Part shown: positions 60,901 to 64,000 of the stretch, in pieces | Numbering within the stretch: position 1 is the first letter of the stretch | Layout of the letters: each line of letters opens with the position of its first letter | Assembly: GCA_000998425.1 (NCBI GenBank) | Contig: LCDG01000001.1 | Span: forward strand, 10,558-74,557 | Source of the DNA: Candidatus Nomurabacteria bacterium GW2011_GWC2_42_20 | GTDB taxonomy: Bacteria; Patescibacteriota; Minisyncoccia; Phycocordibacterales; UBA1550 | Direction of reading: 5' to 3' | Length of the DNA stretch: 64,000 nt | Translations under genes and position numbers: made by a program | Notes under the pieces: generated by a model | The model's input: only the letters and a program-made list of their open reading frames with translations | Told to the model about the DNA's origin: nothing | Databases searched by the model: none

Positions 60901-62745
60901 ATTGTGGTTAATGCAACCTCAACGCTAATTTCAGAAGGTGAGCGTCTCCACTTCACACTCCATTCGCCCCTCACTCTCGGCATCACTGACACTCAGGGTC
61001 GCTATACAGGTCTTGACCCTGTAACAGGGGAAATCAAGGAAGAAATCCCTAGCACCACCTACAAGCAGTACGGAGAAGTACAGTTCCTCTCTGTTCCTGT
61101 GGGGCTTCAATACACCTTGAAACTCAAAGGGTACGAGACAGGCACTTTTGCTCTTGATGTGGAAAAGCAAATCGGCAATACGGTTACAGAATCAACATCA
61201 TTCCAAGCAATTCCAACTGCGACAAGCACTGCGGTAATGATGGACATTTCCTCAGTCTTTGAGGTTGCAAGTTCCACTCTGGTTATTGACCAGAATGCTG
61301 ACGGAGTCATTGATGCATCCCTTGAGGCAGCTCCAAGCGGTGTAACAATTTACGACCTTACGGCACCAGTAACTACGGCAACCCCTACAGGTACTCTTGG
61401 CTTAAATCAATACTACACTTCCTCTGTTACGATAACACTGATTAGTGAAGACACCGCTCCTCTCGGAGAAGTGTCTTCTGGTGTAGTAATTACTAAGTAC
61501 TCACTCGATAGCGGAACTACGTGGAATACTTACAGTACCTCAACTCCACTCACTATTGTCACCGAAGGCACCACCGCGCTTCAGTACTACTCAGTAGACA
61601 ATAATGGCAATACTGAGACACCAAAGACGCTTACGCTCAATATTGATACGGTTGCCCCAACCATTTTCGCCTCAGACACTTCCGCAGAGCAACTTACTAT
61701 TGAAGGAACCACTCTTACTGTTCCCGCCACAACAGAAGACACGATAGACCCAAGTCCAACCCTCACCACAAATGTTCCACTCACACAGACGTTTGTTCTG
61801 GGAGTAACGAGTATATTGCTAACCGCACAGGATCTGGCAGGAAACATCGCAACTTCGAGTATCGCAGTCACTATCTACTCAAGCCCTACCGCAGACCCTG
61901 ACGGTGATGGTGTACCAAATCAAGACGATGTGAAGCCGTTTGACGCTACCGTCTTTGCAAACCTCACCATTCCAGCAGAATATGCATTCTGGGAAAAAGA
62001 GTCATTTGATCTACCTTTCTCAGTGGCAGGGAAAGGGAATGTTACACTCTCACTCTCTAATACTTACTACAAAGTCGAAACATCTCCAATTAAGGACAGT
62101 GTTGTGGCTATTGTCCCCGCAACAGTTTTGACAGTTGATGGTGTTGTCACTGTTTCTTTCTCTCAAGATACTAAGGAACTCAAGACGTATACACTCACTC
62201 TTACAACCACCAAAGGAAATACAAAGGAACGTAAGTCTCTTAAAGAAAAGCGAGACCATGAATCAGATGAAGGGCGAAGGCATGATCTCGAAAAGGAACT
62301 CGATTTTGCAGATGCTCCTATCACGCTTAGTATTACAAATACAACGGCAAACAAAACAACGTCACAGATAAGCGTGATAAATATCTATGATAAACAGCAG
62401 ACTGCCCAACTTCAGTACAAATACAAAGATACTGACTACAGCACCACGCTTCTTCTTAAATCTGATGACGTGCTGAAAACAAAGAAGGGACAGCCACTTG
62501 AGCTTACGGTAAAGGTGACTGGAATCAAGAAAGATGTTCCTTTCACTACAAATATATCTGGTAACTTCACAATCCTCAGTGTAGTACAGGAGGAAGAGCA
62601 CAAAGACGATGATGATCGTAAGCAGACGAAATTCTCCCTCTTCTATCCGCTCTCAACACAGTCAACTCAAGAAAATATCACCATTACCACAACTGTCAAC
62701 GGCATAACATCGACTGATGTGGTGGGGGTGAAGTTTGAGGAGTAG
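57934..62745 (+). CDS. giant secreted multidomain protein (1603 aa): signal peptide, two homologous Gly-rich beta-helix-like modules, lipase-like alpha/beta-hydrolase domain, Ig-like/Thr-rich segments, DPDGDG Ca-binding motif, C-terminal ~180-aa module
   Basis: Internal duplication (GGSGGGNSATSTYGSAMTPMDLGSGTSGSKGGGSIRLVVS... vs GGSHGGVGLNNTATSTYGSAKQPTTLGSAGGAPHAIGGGAIRLVVS...). The hydrolase domain reads FLPGVMGSRL...GKVTIVAHSNGGLVTKALIEKL (GHSxGG nucleophile elbow). The C-terminal module is homologous to ORF 63196..63777. Confidence 0.8.
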   Translation: MNKISQNKLSPIMAVLLSLFVVLFWGTQTVYALNILDSDLNSNGIIDSTETEVVVTSNKSLQSGEYNFGNLTITNNAVLTLVGDPLSPDQFKGVKINATNISVSFGSRISADGQGYISGPGTSLVPGISVGASYGGSGGGNSATSTYGSAMTPMDLGSGTSGSKGGGSIRLVVSNTLLNNGDISANGQSYRTSGGSIHVTTNILVGTGVFNANGARTYWPNQFAGGGGRIAVHYQQSSFTGSAKANAGVFCLYGCNPAGGAGTVVFFDTVNNDLYTGTSWRFQKNDEPIRLNRIVVSNGSSVTMDEGVAITANELIISGATSLPLSKGSLLTIHKITVDGATIVSSGEETIVADILKLINSAVVTVVPMQTLTLSVPNVTIDTSSRISADAKGDTAGSGFPSSIYAGGSHGGVGLNNTATSTYGSAKQPTTLGSAGGAPHAIGGGAIRLVVSGSLVNNGVISADGNTSSSGGSIYATVADMSGSGTFHANGGALGSGGYFSGPGGGGRVAVYYQTSSFSGAIEALGGCGSYDGWSRVCAGYGTVVIQQSDVPCTINCYSNIMFLPGVMGSRLYDENGQELWVSSDDSLQSTLAMNASGKSINSIYTNDDTHRNHGEIDESGLVDDVYGSNIYESFVNDLRVWKGDNDNGIIHDYAFIPYDWRLSLEDIVNNGATSTPDKLSYADSPASGQYILKQLEALQKSSRTGKVTIVAHSNGGLVTKALIEKLKLDNNPLYNQIDKVIFVAVPQVGTPDAVATLLHGNSLGHGAVMTTARSRELAKNIPTIYNLLPSAQYFNTVEPGFAVDKVVSFENKPSFSSQLSQYGVYVSNENELKGYVLNDDSRSAPVYADTNSPAVGNRTLYDDAQRVHTVLDNWQPASTTKVIQVAGWGAETLAGIDNVEAVSVPALGIFTHTINLRHVVDGDGTVVVPSALWMATSTPGVERWWVNLIRNNAGPTIDRDHRDILEVDNLRNFIKSEIKGSLFSDSSNIVVNATSTLISEGERLHFTLHSPLTLGITDTQGRYTGLDPVTGEIKEEIPSTTYKQYGEVQFLSVPVGLQYTLKLKGYETGTFALDVEKQIGNTVTESTSFQAIPTATSTAVMMDISSVFEVASSTLVIDQNADGVIDASLEAAPSGVTIYDLTAPVTTATPTGTLGLNQYYTSSVTITLISEDTAPLGEVSSGVVITKYSLDSGTTWNTYSTSTPLTIVTEGTTALQYYSVDNNGNTETPKTLTLNIDTVAPTIFASDTSAEQLTIEGTTLTVPATTEDTIDPSPTLTTNVPLTQTFVLGVTSILLTAQDLAGNIATSSIAVTIYSSPTADPDGDGVPNQDDVKPFDATVFANLTIPAEYAFWEKESFDLPFSVAGKGNVTLSLSNTYYKVETSPIKDSVVAIVPATVLTVDGVVTVSFSQDTKELKTYTLTLTTTKGNTKERKSLKEKRDHESDEGRRHDLEKELDFADAPITLSITNTTANKTTSQISVINIYDKQQTAQLQYKYKDTDYSTTLLLKSDDVLKTKKGQPLELTVKVTGIKKDVPFTTNISGNFTILSVVQEEEHKDDDDRKQTKFSLFYPLSTQSTQENITITTTVNGITSTDVVGVKFEE

Positions 62746-62781
62746 AGTTATTTGATGTGCTTATTGAAAATTAATTAAATT

Positions 62782-63192
62782 ATGAAAAAGATACTCAATT
62801 GGTTTACCAGGGGGAAAACAATGATCTTCGGGTTTGTCGGCAGCCTTATTTTTATTGGTGCTGTTTACTATATTGATGCCTATTGCAAAAAAGGAATGTA
62901 TGTTTGCAATAATTCCCATGAGATTATCTGGATGCTGTCAATGGTTTTTGTGTCTGTATTTATTTGGAGTATTTTAACTTATAAAATGAAGGAAGAAATT
63001 TTTATAAGTTGGAGAAACTTCAGTGTTGTGTTTGTTTTATTCTCATTTTTAACAATATTGATTTTACCATTTAAGTGCGATCCATATTTGCGGATTTGCA
63101 AAGAGTCTTTTTCCTGGCTTTTTGTGTTCGCCCATCTCTCTCTCTCTCTCCTTATAATTATATATAAATCTTTCAAAAAAGAACCACGCTAA
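62782..63192 (+). CDS. 4-TM small membrane protein immediately downstream of the giant gene (immunity-like or accessory); contains a (TC)9 tract
   Basis: 136 aa MKKILNWFTRGKTMIFGFVGSLIFIGAVYY...; the dinucleotide run tctctctctctctctctc lies at 63135-63152 inside the ORF. Confidence 0.5.
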   Translation: MKKILNWFTRGKTMIFGFVGSLIFIGAVYYIDAYCKKGMYVCNNSHEIIWMLSMVFVSVFIWSILTYKMKEEIFISWRNFSVVFVLFSFLTILILPFKCDPYLRICKESFSWLFVFAHLSLSLLIIIYKSFKKEPR

Positions 63193-63195
63193 ATT

Positions 63196-63777
63196 GTGAT
63201 CACCCTTGCGTTAACAATTAGATCCGCTTTTCTTGTCACCATCAAGAAAGGAAATACAAAGGAAAAGGAATCCATAAAAAAGAAGAAGGAACATGAATCA
63301 GAAGAAGGGCGAAGGCACGATCTTGAAAAAGAGTTAGACTTTGCTTCTGCACCCATTATGCTCTCGCTCCAAAGTCTAAGTTGCCCAAACACCACTTCTC
63401 AAACAGCTACCGTAAACATTTACGACAAGGAGCAAAATATGCAAGTCCACTTCAAGTACAAAGATACAGGAACTCTCGATTTTGTTATGAAGTCGGATGA
63501 TGTCATAAAAATAAAAAAAGGTCAGCCACTCGTGCTAACTATTAAAGTCAGCGGACCAAAGAGGGAAGTATTCTTTGATGCATCTTTGGTGGGGAGCTTC
63601 ACTTCCCTTGCCGTGTCTCAGGAAGAACAACACCACGATGGTGACGACAGAAAACAAAAGACATTCACATTATTCTATCCACTCTCAACGCAAACGACAC
63701 AAGAAAATATTGTGGTTAATTTGAGGGTGGGCGGGGGAACAAAGAGTGAAATATTAAGTGTGCGATTTGAAGACTGA
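63196..63777 (+). CDS. start-less orphan copy (~60% aa identity) of the giant protein's C-terminal module
   Basis: ...KKGNTKEKESIKKKKEHESEEGRRHDLEKELDFASAPIMLS...IYDKEQNMQVHFKYKDTG...LFYPLSTQTTQENI... aligns with 62190-62745 (...TKGNTKERKSLKEKRDHESDEGRRHDLEKELDFADAPITLS...). There is no ATG at the frame start; only GTG at 63196. Confidence 0.5.
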   Translation: MITLALTIRSAFLVTIKKGNTKEKESIKKKKEHESEEGRRHDLEKELDFASAPIMLSLQSLSCPNTTSQTATVNIYDKEQNMQVHFKYKDTGTLDFVMKSDDVIKIKKGQPLVLTIKVSGPKREVFFDASLVGSFTSLAVSQEEQHHDGDDRKQKTFTLFYPLSTQTTQENIVVNLRVGGGTKSEILSVRFED

Positions 63778-63835
63778 AACCAGTAGTTGCCAATAGGGGA
63801 GTTGGGGGTGTTATTAATATTAATATATTTAAATT

Positions 63836-64000
63836 ATGGAAAAAATATTGAATTTGGTGACAAAAAAACCATTTTTATTGGAAGCTTGATTGGTATTGGA
63901 GTGGCGTTTGGAATTGAGTCGTTACATAGGCAAGCCTTGATTTCAAGGAATATATACAAAATTACTGCAGAACCGTTATTTCATGTTTCCATTGCGTTAA
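63836..64000 (+). pseudogene. paralog of membrane protein 62782..63192, frameshifted at an A7 homopolymer (continues beyond the window)
   Basis: ATG at 63836 gives MEKILNLVTKK then shifts out of frame at aaaaaaa (63862-63868). The -1 frame continues TIFIGSLIGIGVAFGIESL..., homologous to MKKILNWFTRGKTMIFGFVGSLIFIGAVYY. Confidence 0.4.

Noticed and set aside
62163-62354. Minus-strand ORFs 62163-62354 and 63189-63395 sharing the peptide ...SFSRSCLRPSSDS...
   Set aside because: They are the antisense reading of the duplicated C-terminal module (the same duplication seen from the other strand), not independent genes.

Overview
This is a low-GC, gene-dense bacterial window with short intergenic spacers, nearly all genes on the + strand, and many small membrane or secreted hypothetical proteins. 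This is consistent with a Patescibacteria/CPR-like genome, but that is an inference only.

The recognisable housekeeping backbone is: ligA, gatC-gatA, a tRNA cluster (Met, a second CAU tRNA, Asp, Thr-GGU, Thr-CGU) with an HNH endonuclease gene sitting inside it, a NUDIX hydrolase (- strand), prfB (RF2), ftsE-ftsX, pyrG, tRNA-Gln, a cytochrome bo3-type quinol oxidase operon (doxX-cyoABCD-cyoE), SGNH hydrolase, GT1 glycosyltransferase, PIF1-type helicase, CopB-type P1B ATPase, SDR reductase, PAS sensor, ABC-F ATPase, DEAD-box helicase, cation/H+ antiporter (-), ECF sigma plus putative anti-sigma, rpsA (-) and gyrA.

The accessory or unusual content is:
(i) A defense-island-like block at about 14.6-20.5 kb around tRNA-Gln. 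It holds a Cas4/RecB-like PD-(D/E)XK nuclease, an orphan MazF/PemK-like toxin flanked by paired hairpin repeats, a MazG-like NTP pyrophosphohydrolase, a 673-aa GIY-YIG + DUF2075 P-loop NTPase + LexA/UmuD-like S24 autopeptidase fusion, and a membrane NERD protein.
(ii) A 1603-aa secreted giant protein with duplicated Gly-rich beta-helix-like modules and an embedded lipase-like alpha/beta-hydrolase domain. Its last ~180 aa are duplicated downstream as a start-less orphan cassette, and each copy is followed by a paralogous 4-TM membrane protein gene. One of these carries an A7 frameshift and the other a (TC)9 tract.
(iii) An 846-aa Vgb-like beta-propeller surface protein containing three near-identical ~120-bp tandem DNA repeats.
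(iv) A GC-rich ~270-bp island between rpsA and an MBL-like gene, with promoter-like and terminator-like signals and a 34-codon ORF.

Numerous perfect palindromic intrinsic terminators are present, including a 66-bp perfect palindrome. No CRISPR array or rRNA gene was seen.
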